The notes: generated by a model not told the origin, from the sequence alone. DNA of 64,000 nt from an uncultured virus (IMG/VR IMGVR_UViG_3300024500_000029) (IMGVR_UViG_3300024500_000029), one strand, 5' to 3'; counted from the first letter of the stretch, positions 31,628-41,543 are shown. Numbers and translations are program-made.

Positions 31628-32692
31628 ATGGCAACCAAACCTTTTGATGTAAGTAAATTTAGGAAAAACATTACTAAGAGCATAGACGGCATATCTGTGG
31701 GATTTCAAGATCCAACAGATTGGATTAGCACAAACAACTATGCTTTAAACTATCTCATTAGTGGAGATTTTAACCGTGGGGTTCCGCTAGGCAAAGTGAC
31801 TGTATTCGCAGGAGAATCTGGAGCAGGTAAAAGTTTTATCTGTTCGGGAAATCTTGTCAAGAACGCTCAACAACAGGGCATTTATGTTATTCTCATTGAT
31901 ACTGAGAACGCACTTGATGAAGCCTGGTTACACGCACTGGGTGTAGACACTAGTGAAGATAAACTATTAAAACTGAATATGGCGATGATCGACGACGTGG
32001 CCAAGGTTATAAATGATTTTGTCAAAGAATACAAAACGCTTCCGGAAAATGATCGACCCAAAGTGTTGTTTATTATTGACAGTTTAGGTATGTTATTAAC
32101 TCCCACTGATGTTAATCAGTTTGAAGCAGGTGATTTGAAGGGTGATATGGGCCGTAAGCCCAAGGCTTTAACAGCACTAGTTCGTAACTGTGTAAATATG
32201 TTCGGCAGTTTGAATATAGGACTAATTGCAACTAACCACACTTACGCATCACAGGATATGTTTGATCCTGACGATAAAATTTCAGGTGGTCAGGGCTTTA
32301 TCTATGCAAGCTCAATCGTTGTCGCTATGCGTAAACTCAAACTTAAAGAGGATGAGGACGGCAACAAAGTCAGTGACGTCAAAGGTATTCGAGCTGCCTG
32401 TAAGATTATGAAAACTCGTTATGCTAAACCTTTTGAAAGTGTTCAAGTAAAGATTCCCTATGAAACAGGTATGAATCCCTATAGCGGGTTGGTAGATCTT
32501 TTTGAAGAAAAGGGGTTACTGGCCAAGGAAGGCAACAGTCTTAAATACACCCTAGCAGATGGTACTGTGATCAAACAGTTCCGTAAGGCGTGGGAACGTA
32601 ACGAGGATGGTAGCCTAGACCAAGTAATGGCTGACTTCACAGCAAATCCACATAAAAAAGCTAAACTGGAAGAACTAGCGACAGAAGAATAA
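31628..32692 (+). CDS. uvsX: RecA-like recombinase UvsX
   Basis: GESGAGKS P-loop, IDTENA, IIDSLG, TNHTY and SGGQGFIYASS motifs. Confidence 0.92.
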   Translation: MATKPFDVSKFRKNITKSIDGISVGFQDPTDWISTNNYALNYLISGDFNRGVPLGKVTVFAGESGAGKSFICSGNLVKNAQQQGIYVILIDTENALDEAWLHALGVDTSEDKLLKLNMAMIDDVAKVINDFVKEYKTLPENDRPKVLFIIDSLGMLLTPTDVNQFEAGDLKGDMGRKPKALTALVRNCVNMFGSLNIGLIATNHTYASQDMFDPDDKISGGQGFIYASSIVVAMRKLKLKEDEDGNKVSDVKGIRAACKIMKTRYAKPFESVQVKIPYETGMNPYSGLVDLFEEKGLLAKEGNSLKYTLADGTVIKQFRKAWERNEDGSLDQVMADFTANPHKKAKLEELATEE

Positions 32693-32693
32693 A

Positions 32694-33221
32694 ATGGATA
32701 TTTTAACCCTGGAGTTTACAGCAACTGAATCTCTGGGTTGGCCCAAGATTAAACTCTACGTTAATGACGATCTTTATGAGGACTTTAGTTTTGAATCGGA
32801 CTATGCCAGGGTAAATATACCTCTTGATTTAATGGAGGGAGACCACGTATTACGAATAGAATTATACGGAAAACATCCCAATAGTACAGTCCTAGTTGAC
32901 AATACTATTGTTAAAGATCAATCTGTAACATTGATAAATCTTTATCTTGATGACATTTTGGTCCCAGATCTAATTAAATATCAGGGAGTATATTTTACTC
33001 CCAATGGTCCTTATCCACAGGCGCTAACCTGGGCGTTAAATAATGCTTACTGGGAATTAAAATTTAAGTTTCCTGTCAAAACCTGGGTATTAGACGAAAA
33101 ATTAAATCATAGTTTAAAATTCAATGAATTATATTCTGAAAACTATTCGGAAGAACGACAGAAAGTTATACTAGAAAAAATAGAAAAAATAGAAGCACTA
33201 TTGCAAAATGTCAAAGTTTAA
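32694..33221 (+). CDS. Hypothetical protein (paralogue of 23150..23644)
   Basis: Similar motif spacing; overlaps the start of the radical SAM gene. Confidence 0.6.
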   Translation: MDILTLEFTATESLGWPKIKLYVNDDLYEDFSFESDYARVNIPLDLMEGDHVLRIELYGKHPNSTVLVDNTIVKDQSVTLINLYLDDILVPDLIKYQGVYFTPNGPYPQALTWALNNAYWELKFKFPVKTWVLDEKLNHSLKFNELYSENYSEERQKVILEKIEKIEALLQNVKV

Positions 33222-34746
33222 CAATGTCTTGATTATAACGTCAGGATTAATTTCTGTGGACAGGCCACCACCAGGCGCTGCATTTGTAGCTGGCGTCTGC
33301 GAGAATAACAATATAAATTACAATTTTTTTGACTTTAATATATTTTTTAGAAATAATGTAAATGCAGATATCACAGAAAAAATATATGTAGCTAGATCAG
33401 AAAAGGATTTAGAAAATCTAGAACTAGCAAACCCTGGCTCCTTGAGTGTTCTTGAGAATGTTCTAGATCTAGCAGTGGAAAAAATAAAGTCATACCAAGC
33501 AGATCTTATTGCTGCAACAGTTTTTAGTGTGATGCAACACTTACTAGCTAAAAGGCTATTAGAACGTATCAAACATAATTTAGACATAAAAATAATAGCA
33601 GGTGGCCCTGGTGTGTCAGCGGGCTATGGGAATAAATCGCTAGTTGGCCAAGAAAAAAACGGTAGATCTTTTGGTAAGTTTCTTTTAGAAAATAATCTAG
33701 TTGATTATTATGTTATGGGCGAAGGTGATGTCGTCTTAGATGAATTTTTTAAAGGCAACAATGTTCTGGGATTAAATGATAAGTCAACAGAATATGAAAC
33801 TTGGGCTCCTCAAATAGATAATTTAGATGCACTGGCATTGCCTTCCTATAATAAAATAAATTTTCAGGATTATGTAAATCCTGGCAACCCTACTAGAACA
33901 GTGACAATCACTGCTAGCCGTGGCTGTGTGCGTAGATGCACTTTTTGTGACGTGGGAGCTATTTGGAAAAAGTTCAGATTCAGATCAGGTCAAAATGTAG
34001 TACGGGAAATAACACAAAATTATCTAAAACACGGAGTAACTGATTATTTTTTCTCTGATAGTTTACTAAATGGATCTCTTAAACAACTTAATGATCTCAC
34101 AACAGGATTAATAGATCTACATAAAACACATCCTGGTCTTAAAAATATAAAATATAGCGGTCAGTTTATTATTAGACCTAGATCACAGCATCCGGAAAAA
34201 ATGTTTGCATTGTTAAAAGAGTCAGGGTGTAAACAAATACAGATAGGAGTAGAATCTGGTAGTGAACGTGTACGCGAACATCTTGGGAAAAAATTTAGTA
34301 ACCAAGATATAGACTGGCATCTGGAAATGTGCAGTAAGTATAAAATAGAAAACTTTTTATTAATGTTTACTGGTTATCCTACAGAAACTTTAGAAGATCA
34401 CAATGACACCCTTAACTTGTTAAAAAAATATCAAAAATATCTAATAGACGATACCATAATAGGTATAAGTCTAGATAGTCCACTTGTAATACTACCTGAT
34501 ACTCCTCTGTCTAATATGTCGACAGAACTAGGCATTCACTTGTATAATAATGAATACGGTAATCTTTGGACTGCTGACTCTAATCCCGAGCTAACTATTA
34601 AAGAAAGATTTTTGAGATATGCTGAGACAACTAAATTAGTTATGAAGCTAAGATATAATAGATTTCCCACAACATTGACCACTATGGAATACCAAATACA
34701 CGATTTACTTAAACTTAATAAAAAGGAATTTGAAAATGAGTATTGA
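33208..34746 (+). CDS. Radical SAM protein with N-terminal B12-binding-like domain
   Basis: SRGCVRRCTFC, IIAGGPG, GEGD, GVESGS and GYPTET motifs. Confidence 0.88.
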   Translation: MSKFNNVLIITSGLISVDRPPPGAAFVAGVCENNNINYNFFDFNIFFRNNVNADITEKIYVARSEKDLENLELANPGSLSVLENVLDLAVEKIKSYQADLIAATVFSVMQHLLAKRLLERIKHNLDIKIIAGGPGVSAGYGNKSLVGQEKNGRSFGKFLLENNLVDYYVMGEGDVVLDEFFKGNNVLGLNDKSTEYETWAPQIDNLDALALPSYNKINFQDYVNPGNPTRTVTITASRGCVRRCTFCDVGAIWKKFRFRSGQNVVREITQNYLKHGVTDYFFSDSLLNGSLKQLNDLTTGLIDLHKTHPGLKNIKYSGQFIIRPRSQHPEKMFALLKESGCKQIQIGVESGSERVREHLGKKFSNQDIDWHLEMCSKYKIENFLLMFTGYPTETLEDHNDTLNLLKKYQKYLIDDTIIGISLDSPLVILPDTPLSNMSTELGIHLYNNEYGNLWTADSNPELTIKERFLRYAETTKLVMKLRYNRFPTTLTTMEYQIHDLLKLNKKEFENEY

Positions 34747-34966
34747 AATTGATACACTTACAGAAACATATAGTATACTCAAACAGTATATTCCTGCCAA
34801 GGATAGGCAAGAGGCTAGCGACAACTTAATGAGTGTACTAGTTGATTTGCTGGGTGATCTAGATCTAAATGAATTCGCAATGACAGATCAATATACTAAA
34901 CGCAGTTATCAACAATATGCATCAGAATCTGAAGATGATGATGAAAATTACGATTATGAAGATTAA
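34736..34966 (+). CDS. Small acidic hypothetical protein
   Basis: AAGGA RBS; lies directly before uvsY. Confidence 0.6.
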   Translation: MSIEIDTLTETYSILKQYIPAKDRQEASDNLMSVLVDLLGDLDLNEFAMTDQYTKRSYQQYASESEDDDENYDYED

Positions 34967-34970
34967 TTAA

Positions 34971-35423
34971 ATGTGGTATAATCAAATAGTTTCCGATCTA
35001 GGTAAAATACCAGACTTTATAAGTTACTATGAATCTGAATTAATTCAGGCCAAACAGGACTGTACGGTCAAAGGAAACTTAGAAAAAAATGTTGCGAATC
35101 TTCCTGGAATAACTGAACACAGATTTAATCAACTTCAAGAAATAGAAGCAGTATTAAATTACCTAAATATACAACTTAAAAAAATACGACGTAGGCATTT
35201 TCAAAAATATCTAGAAAATTATAACAGATCTTTGACTAGTAGAGATGCAGAAAAATATACTGACGGAGAAGACGAAGTAATTGACTATGAGACTATTATT
35301 AATGAAGTAGCTCTGATTAGAAATAAATGGCTAGGTCTTATGAAGGGATTAGAAAGTAAAAACTTTATGCTTGGTCACGTAGCTAGATTACGCACTGCTG
35401 GTATGGAAGATATTGTTATATGA
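34971..35423 (+). CDS. uvsY: Recombination mediator UvsY-like protein
   Basis: Helical 150-aa protein with DAEKY.DGEDEVI motif; near uvsX. Confidence 0.65.
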   Translation: MWYNQIVSDLGKIPDFISYYESELIQAKQDCTVKGNLEKNVANLPGITEHRFNQLQEIEAVLNYLNIQLKKIRRRHFQKYLENYNRSLTSRDAEKYTDGEDEVIDYETIINEVALIRNKWLGLMKGLESKNFMLGHVARLRTAGMEDIVI

Positions 35424-36187
35424 ATGCTAGATCTAGGAATAGACTATTTGCTAGCGATGAAGAAAGTCATCAACACAGTCTGGAAACATTACAGCTTCTT
35501 GAAAAATACGAAGATTTTATGCAGAGTGTAAGTGTAGTCTATGATATGGGCTGCGGTGCTGGTTTTGATACACAATGGTGGGCCACACAAATTAATCCTA
35601 GAACAGAAAGACCCTACAATATACAATGTTATGCGCTGGACATAGATAAAAGATTGAAAATACATTTAAGAGATAATCTTAAGTTTGTACAAGGAGATTT
35701 TGAACAATATGATCCAGGAATCAAGGCAGATTTAATTTGGAGTCACGATAGTTTTAGATTCAGCGTTAATCCACTTACCACTTTAAAAACTTGGAATAAA
35801 CAACTTAACCCTGGCGGTGCTATAATATTGATTACTCCACAATCATCTATTAAAGATGATCAAGGTGTACAGCATCCCAGGACACTTAGCTATAGTTACT
35901 TTAACTATAATATTACAAATCTGATGTATATGTTAGCAGTTGCGGGTTTCGATTGTAGGACAGGGCATTTTTATAAAAAACCCAATGATCCCTGGATTTA
36001 TAGTATGGTATATAAGACAAACAATCCCGAGCTTGATCCCAAAAATACTAGCTTAGGAGATTTGGTAGATTTAAATGTATTACCAGACAGTGCAGTGGTG
36101 GGAATAAAAACCACTGGAGAAATAAGACAGGAAGATATTTTTACACATTGGATATCAGGACATTATTGCCGTTGGAGTCAAGTATGA
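35420..36187 (+). CDS. Class I SAM-dependent methyltransferase
   Basis: VYDMGCGAG motif I, DLIWSHD and LNPGG. Confidence 0.8.
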   Translation: MNARSRNRLFASDEESHQHSLETLQLLEKYEDFMQSVSVVYDMGCGAGFDTQWWATQINPRTERPYNIQCYALDIDKRLKIHLRDNLKFVQGDFEQYDPGIKADLIWSHDSFRFSVNPLTTLKTWNKQLNPGGAIILITPQSSIKDDQGVQHPRTLSYSYFNYNITNLMYMLAVAGFDCRTGHFYKKPNDPWIYSMVYKTNNPELDPKNTSLGDLVDLNVLPDSAVVGIKTTGEIRQEDIFTHWISGHYCRWSQV

Positions 36188-36993
36188 AAAATCAAAATGA
36201 AATAGAAGATAAAGATATTATAGTTTTAGTTACAGGTGGTTTCGATCCAGTACATTCTGGGCATATTGCCTATTTTAAAGAAGCAAAAAAACTAGGGCAC
36301 TATTTGATAGTGGGGCTTAACAGTGATGAATGGCTGGAACGTAAAAAAGGCCGTGCGTTTATGCCCTGGAACGAAAGATTGTGTATAGTAAACAATCTAG
36401 CTATGGTTGATGAAGTATATACATTCGATGATGATGATGGGTCTGCTAAAGAATTTATACGTCAAGTAAGGGCACATTATCCAAATAATAAATTAATTTT
36501 TGCCAACGGTGGAGATCGTACTGCAAAAAACATTCCCGAAATGGATGTAAATGATCCTAATTGTGAGTTTGTATTTGGGGTAGGTGGTGAAGATAAAAAG
36601 AATTCAAGTAGCTGGATACTAGAAGAATGGAAAGCACCTAAAACAGATCGTAATTGGGGCTATTACAGAGTATTACACACTGTGGGTGATCATACAAAAG
36701 TTAAAGAATTGACCGTAGAACCTGGTTGTAGTTTAAGTATGCAACGTCACCAGGATCGTGCTGAGCATTGGTTCGTTGTAGAAGGCACTGCTGAAGTTTA
36801 TACAATTAATGACAGAAGCACAGATTATGAGTTACGTGGTATCTACGGAAAACATCAAAGTCTACATATAGCAAAAAATCAATGGCACCAATTATGTAAT
36901 CCCAAGAATCAGCCATTAAAATTAGTGGAAATTCAATATGGTGCCCGTTGCGACGAAGATGACATTGAGCGTAAAACTAGGACTAGCGTATAA
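36184..36993 (+). CDS. Cytidylyltransferase-like domain fused to a mannose-6-phosphate isomerase-type cupin
   Basis: GGFDPVHSGH, GLNSD, ANGGDR; then WGYY, SLSMQRHQDRAEHW and EIQYG...EDDIER. Confidence 0.85.
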   Translation: MKNQNEIEDKDIIVLVTGGFDPVHSGHIAYFKEAKKLGHYLIVGLNSDEWLERKKGRAFMPWNERLCIVNNLAMVDEVYTFDDDDGSAKEFIRQVRAHYPNNKLIFANGGDRTAKNIPEMDVNDPNCEFVFGVGGEDKKNSSSWILEEWKAPKTDRNWGYYRVLHTVGDHTKVKELTVEPGCSLSMQRHQDRAEHWFVVEGTAEVYTINDRSTDYELRGIYGKHQSLHIAKNQWHQLCNPKNQPLKLVEIQYGARCDEDDIERKTRTSV

Positions 36994-37065
36994 CTAGATG
37001 GTCTAGGTACTCAGCAGCCTTTTTACAACGATACTCAATGATGTAATCTAATAATTTTCTAAACA

Positions 37066-37227
37066 TTATAGCCAGCATCTTTCCTGGCTATAATTCCATT
37101 GTTTAATTAAATGTTCTACATCAGCCGCATTTTTAGGATTATTGCGAGCTATAAAAGCCTCGATTTCTGTGTGCGGCCCGGATCTCAGCCATTTCGTTAA
37201 ATTATCTAGTGTATTTTTGATTGACAT
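37066..37227 (-). CDS. Small hypothetical protein (53 aa)
   Basis: Read manually: MSIKNTLDNLTKWLRSGPHTEIEAFIARNNPKNAADVEHLIKQWNYSQERCWL; TAAATA upstream on the minus strand. Confidence 0.45.
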   Translation of the reverse strand: MSIKNTLDNLTKWLRSGPHTEIEAFIARNNPKNAADVEHLIKQWNYSQERCWL

Positions 37228-37316
37228 ATTGGTTTTTATTGTATAAAGTTAGGTTGTAATAATATTTATTGCGCTGCAACATACATAATATTTTACTTTT
37301 AAACTATAAATACAGG

Positions 37317-38843
37317 ATGAATCTTATGGAACTTTTTAACTTGCAGGAACTAGCTGTGGATGCAAGATATGCTACCCGGGCAGAACTTGGTATTCTTGCT
37401 GCTAACCTAGGCTCAGTGATGCCGGGGATTCGTTTTGAAGTAGAAAAGAAAGCAGAGAGTCCTGTGATCTATATAAGGATTAAAGGTGCTCAGCGCGAGG
37501 ATATAACCAACTACTTCGCCAGTCTGGGACTGGACGAGCTACCACCTGATCCTGATCAACTTAGAATTAGCGGTCAATATCGTGCCAACATCCTAAGCTA
37601 CAGCACAACTAGTAACGTTATTGATCAAATTAAACCAGGCAAGGCACATCAACTACCCAGCGACGATCAAGATATAAAGAACATAATCTACACCCTAGTA
37701 GTAGCCGGAGTTGGTGATCAAGGAAGTATTAGTGTAGGTAAAAAAGAATTAACACCAGTTAGTCTGGGACTAGCTGTTAGAACTTATAACAAGGACGAAT
37801 TAGTAGGCGCCACAAAACAAGCCCTAGCAGATAAAATTAAAACACGACCTGAATTAATTGAAATTTGTTCACAACTATTAGACATAGCCGCGGCTGGAGG
37901 GCAAGGAACTATATCCCCTGAGTTAAATAAAAAACTAGGTAGTAAAGCACGTAATCAACTCAGTGTTGATTTCGGAGAGATACTTGCACCCATAATGTTT
38001 TCCCAGGGAGGAGAACTTATAGAGTTTCCTGCAGAAGGAAACTTCCCTTTAATTGATGTAATAGTGGGGAAAAATAATTATAGCGTAAAAAGTCTTACTG
38101 GGTCTGGGACAAGCTTTGCTAGCATTGCTGATCTAATGGATAGCTATGAAGACAAACTTAAAAAATCCGGAAGTAAAGACAGTAAAAAAGTAGAAAAACT
38201 ATTTCAACTTTTTAAAGGTTATCACCCCAGTGCTGGTGGCAAAAACGTTGACAAGATTATCCGCGGTGCAGCCTTTGTAAAAACAGCAGAGTATGTCAAA
38301 CTAACGGAAATTTTAGGTGGAAGTTTTAACGACTATGATGGCCTACAAGCTCTAGTTAATGAATTAATTAAAAAAATTTATAGTAAGGACAAAGTTCAAA
38401 ATCCTACCGAATACTATTCAGATTTTTTAAATACTGTTTATCCAGCAATGACAGCTGGTGGTTGGGAAAAGCCCGCAGGATTACCAGCTGATGGTGCTTA
38501 CTATATGGGCAAAGCCAAGGAGCTTAAAGCAGAAAAAACTGCGGGATACCCTAGCTTTAGAACCAACACAGTCAAAGCAGCAACAGATATTTTAACTTAT
38601 GTATTAGGCGTTGGTACGCTTAATTTAGTCACACGTGGCAGTGATGCAGAACAATATGCTGAAATGATGACAAACATTGTAAATCAAAGCCCAGCTTATC
38701 TAGGTCGATTGGACATCACTGGTAATGGTGGTTTGGTTGCCGTCAAAACAGCATTTACTGATCTAAAATTTAAATTCCAGTATCACGCTCCAAGTCATAT
38801 ACCTGGTAATAACTTACCTGGGTTTATGATTGTGATGGATTAA
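37317..38843 (+). CDS. Hypothetical protein, possibly PD-(D/E)xK-like, late expressed
   Basis: TATAAATA at 37305; DFGEILAP...NFPLIDV...YSVKS motif. Confidence 0.6.
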   Translation: MNLMELFNLQELAVDARYATRAELGILAANLGSVMPGIRFEVEKKAESPVIYIRIKGAQREDITNYFASLGLDELPPDPDQLRISGQYRANILSYSTTSNVIDQIKPGKAHQLPSDDQDIKNIIYTLVVAGVGDQGSISVGKKELTPVSLGLAVRTYNKDELVGATKQALADKIKTRPELIEICSQLLDIAAAGGQGTISPELNKKLGSKARNQLSVDFGEILAPIMFSQGGELIEFPAEGNFPLIDVIVGKNNYSVKSLTGSGTSFASIADLMDSYEDKLKKSGSKDSKKVEKLFQLFKGYHPSAGGKNVDKIIRGAAFVKTAEYVKLTEILGGSFNDYDGLQALVNELIKKIYSKDKVQNPTEYYSDFLNTVYPAMTAGGWEKPAGLPADGAYYMGKAKELKAEKTAGYPSFRTNTVKAATDILTYVLGVGTLNLVTRGSDAEQYAEMMTNIVNQSPAYLGRLDITGNGGLVAVKTAFTDLKFKFQYHAPSHIPGNNLPGFMIVMD

Positions 38844-39522
38844 TCTGTTTTTTTAACGCTGCGCGGTAACTACTACGTACTACTTTCTGCCAATCACTAG
38901 CAAATGTGCCGTGAACTATAATATGAAATCTATCCTGATGACTGTTATTATAAACGGCGTGTGTATAATTTGTGTTAAACAAAAACGCTGATCCAGAATC
39001 TTTAAAGGGCACTTCACCGCTAGTGGTAACCAATCTACAATTCTCGGGATTGTTAAGACTTATATTAACTGCACTTCCTAAAAAACTCTCAGGGTTATCA
39101 AAATGTGGAGAGATATATCCATCGGGCTCCAGTAACATATACCTTATTCTATCGTAATTTTGATAGGGAAATTTATTTTTAAAATAGTCCACTGTCACAG
39201 GACACAACGGTGCTATATCTGTCCAAGAATAAGGAACTTGATCTGAAGTATAGCCATATTCTTCTGGAACTCCGGTCTTTTCTGCACTGATTCCGTGTAC
39301 ACAAAGACTTCGCCAACCCTCGCCGTCCTGTGGCCTGTGTGTTACAAATCTATCTTTTAATGCACGAGCTTCCTGTAACATTCCTGCATAGGGTGCATCT
39401 AGTAATAATTCCAAATAGGGAGCTTTACTCTGGAATAGAGGATCAGAGATATCTGTTTCATAGACAAACGTATTACTTTTGTTTGCTTCTATAAATTTTA
39501 TAGTTTGATCAAGTGCTGACAT
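38824..39522 (-). CDS. Aspartyl/asparaginyl beta-hydroxylase-like 2OG-Fe(II) oxygenase
   Basis: LEPDGYISPHFD...HAVYNNSHQDRFHIIVH. Confidence 0.75.
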   Translation of the reverse strand: MSALDQTIKFIEANKSNTFVYETDISDPLFQSKAPYLELLLDAPYAGMLQEARALKDRFVTHRPQDGEGWRSLCVHGISAEKTGVPEEYGYTSDQVPYSWTDIAPLCPVTVDYFKNKFPYQNYDRIRYMLLEPDGYISPHFDNPESFLGSAVNISLNNPENCRLVTTSGEVPFKDSGSAFLFNTNYTHAVYNNSHQDRFHIIVHGTFASDWQKVVRSSYRAALKKQINPSQS

Positions 39523-39598
39523 TTATCCAAATTGGTAAGAAAGAGCTAGACATTAAAATATTTATCGTGCATAATGTGGTTGTTGCTTGTGCAGCACT

Positions 39599-39676
39599 GG
39601 GCCTTTAGCTCACGGTGGTTAGAGCATCCGACTCATAATCGGGTGGTAGTTGGTTCGACTCCAACAAGGCCCACCA
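39599..39676 (+). tRNA. tRNA-Ile2(CAT), lysidine type
   Basis: Cloverleaf with CTCATAA loop, Ile2-like body, encoded CCA. Confidence 0.8.
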
Positions 39677-39722
39677 AAGAATTCTTGACACTAAATAAAC
39701 TACGCTGTAATATAATGAATAT

Positions 39723-39807
39723 GCGACTGTGGTGAAATCGGTATACACAGCAGACTTAAAATCTGCCGCCGCAAGGCGTGCCGGTTCGATTCCGGCCAGT
39801 CGCACCA
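39723..39807 (+). tRNA. tRNA-Leu(TAA)
   Basis: Cloverleaf with long variable arm and CCA. Confidence 0.93.
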
Positions 39808-39843
39808 AAATATAGTTCTGCTAACTTTTTATAAATTTACAAA

Positions 39844-40419
39844 ATGACAATCGAAAATTGGTTTAGTGTACCTGTTCTGTATTACGATTTGTCAGAGGAA
39901 GAATTTGAAAAAGTTCAGGATTCAATACAACTAGCTATGCCCAAGATTCTCGAATTAGATCTTGGAAATCCCTGGGGTGATTCAGTAGAAACTTCATTTA
40001 AGTACAAAACTGATTGTAACTTAATAGAAGATTTGGGGCTAGAAGTTTTGAAAACAGTTATAATGGATCAGGCAACTTTATTTTGCCAGTCCTATGATTT
40101 AAATTACACATTAAGGCTTAAAGAAAGCTGGGTGAATATTTCTAAAAAACAAGGGTTCCAATACCCTCATAATCACCTTCCTTTTTTGTTTTCTGGTGTA
40201 TATTTTTATCAGACTAATGGAGAAGATGGCTCATTGCAGTTTAAGAGCCCCAATCCCTGGTTAAATGCAATGACATATCCTTTTGGCTACGATAAAGTAA
40301 CCTATCGTCCTATTGAGGGTAGATTGATAATGTTTCCAGCATATTTGGAGCATCTAGTTAATCTAAATAATACTGCATCTACTAGGATATCTTTATCCTT
40401 TAATATAGAATGTAATTAA
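39844..40419 (+). CDS. 2OG-Fe(II) oxygenase (TIGR02466-like)
   Basis: SWVN, HNH, SGVYF, FPAYLEH and RISLSFN motifs. Confidence 0.8.
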   Translation: MTIENWFSVPVLYYDLSEEEFEKVQDSIQLAMPKILELDLGNPWGDSVETSFKYKTDCNLIEDLGLEVLKTVIMDQATLFCQSYDLNYTLRLKESWVNISKKQGFQYPHNHLPFLFSGVYFYQTNGEDGSLQFKSPNPWLNAMTYPFGYDKVTYRPIEGRLIMFPAYLEHLVNLNNTASTRISLSFNIECN

Positions 40420-40424
40420 ATTAT

Positions 40425-40499
40425 CTGGCGTTCGTTCAACGGATAGGACAACAGTCTTCTAAACTGTGAATGGGGGTTCGATTCCCTCACGCCGGACCA
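40425..40499 (+). tRNA. tRNA-Arg(TCT)
   Basis: Cloverleaf with CTTCTAA loop and CCA. Confidence 0.9.
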
Positions 40500-40505
40500 T
40501 ACACA

Positions 40506-41051
40506 ATGTTACTAACTAATTTGCTGGATTTACCCACTGCAATTTATATAGAAAATAAACTAGGGGATGATTATTTTCCTTGGTATTGGAACGAAAATAC
40601 ACTCACAGATCAAGAAGTGAGCAGTTTAAAAAATTTTCAGTTTACACATAATTTTTATATCAACGGAGCAATTAATTCAACCTATGCACGTATGCTAGAT
40701 CCCATACTTGCAAGTATTGAAAGCAAAGCAGATATAAAAATAAAAAATATTTTCAGGGCAAAAGCTAATTTGTTAACTAATATGCAAATGTCCGAGCAGG
40801 AGCTAGCTAACGAAATACATACTGATCACGATTCTACTGACTATAGAAGTTTTGTTTATTATGTTTCCACTAGCGATGGCGACACTATAATATATGATGA
40901 GAATGAAACAATTTTAGAACAGGCAAGTCCTGTGTTTAATAGTGGTATATTGTTTCCCTCTAGGTTACAGCACAGAGGAACACCACCCCTGCTGCACAAA
41001 AGACGCATAGTAATAAATTTTATATTGGAAATACAAAATGAACGAAACTGA
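40506..41051 (+). CDS. 2OG-Fe(II) oxygenase-like protein
   Basis: HTD, YYV..SDGDT and H...RIVINF motifs; start moved past the tRNA to the ATG at 40506. Confidence 0.75.
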   Translation: MLLTNLLDLPTAIYIENKLGDDYFPWYWNENTLTDQEVSSLKNFQFTHNFYINGAINSTYARMLDPILASIESKADIKIKNIFRAKANLLTNMQMSEQELANEIHTDHDSTDYRSFVYYVSTSDGDTIIYDENETILEQASPVFNSGILFPSRLQHRGTPPLLHKRRIVINFILEIQNERN

Positions 41052-41310
41052 TAGAGAAATACTTGTAATCACCCAGGAAGAATGCGCTGAAGTCATACAG
41101 GAAATCAGCAAGTGTTTTCGTTTTGGTATAGATAAATTACACAAAAGTGGGCTTCCGCACAGACAGGTTTTAACCCAGGAAGTGGGAGATCTAATGTGTA
41201 TGCTACAGTTAATGATGGAGCATAATATTGTAGACTCCCAGGAAGTAGAAGTTGCTAGACTAGCAAAATTGCAAAAATTGCAAGTTTTTTCAAATATTTT
41301 TAAAAAGTAG
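41038..41310 (+). CDS. MazG-like NTP pyrophosphohydrolase
   Basis: EECAEV...EVGD motif. Confidence 0.75.
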   Translation: MNETDREILVITQEECAEVIQEISKCFRFGIDKLHKSGLPHRQVLTQEVGDLMCMLQLMMEHNIVDSQEVEVARLAKLQKLQVFSNIFKK

Positions 41311-41339
41311 TTGACAAAAAGACTAAATAAATTTACAAT
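41311..41339 (+). promoter_or_regulatory. Sigma70-type promoter of the attenuator leader
   Basis: TTGACA-17 bp-TACAAT, with a TAAATA inside the spacer. Confidence 0.8.
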
Positions 41340-41348
41340 ACGACAATT

Positions 41349-41471
41349 ATGAAAACTAACCTACAACACTTGTTTATATCAAAACCCTGCTCAGTGCAGC
41401 CAGCTGGCTATTGGGTTGCGATTACACGCGAGATTAGTAATCTAGACCAGGGGCTTTGTAGAGTCTTATAA
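41349..41471 (+). CDS. Putative attenuator leader peptide (40 aa, contains all 20 amino acids)
   Basis: MKTNLQHLFISKPCSVQPAGYWVAITREISNLDQGLCRVL; ATG 9 nt after the -10 box (near-leaderless); last codons overlap the antiterminator arm. Confidence 0.7.
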   Translation: MKTNLQHLFISKPCSVQPAGYWVAITREISNLDQGLCRVL

Positions 41472-41529
41472 TTGTAATTAAATAGAATTCTACAAAACCC
41501 CAGGACTCGAAACCCTGGGGTTTTTGTTT
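41447..41529 (+). terminator. Attenuator: mutually exclusive antiterminator and intrinsic terminator
   Basis: 41450-41462 GGGGCTTTGTAGA pairs with 41489-41501 TCTACAAAACCCC (12/13). Terminator AAAACCCCAGG(41494-41504)/CCTGGGGTTTT(41514-41524) shares that arm. Confidence 0.8.
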
Positions 41530-41543
41530 ATATAAAGGGAGAA

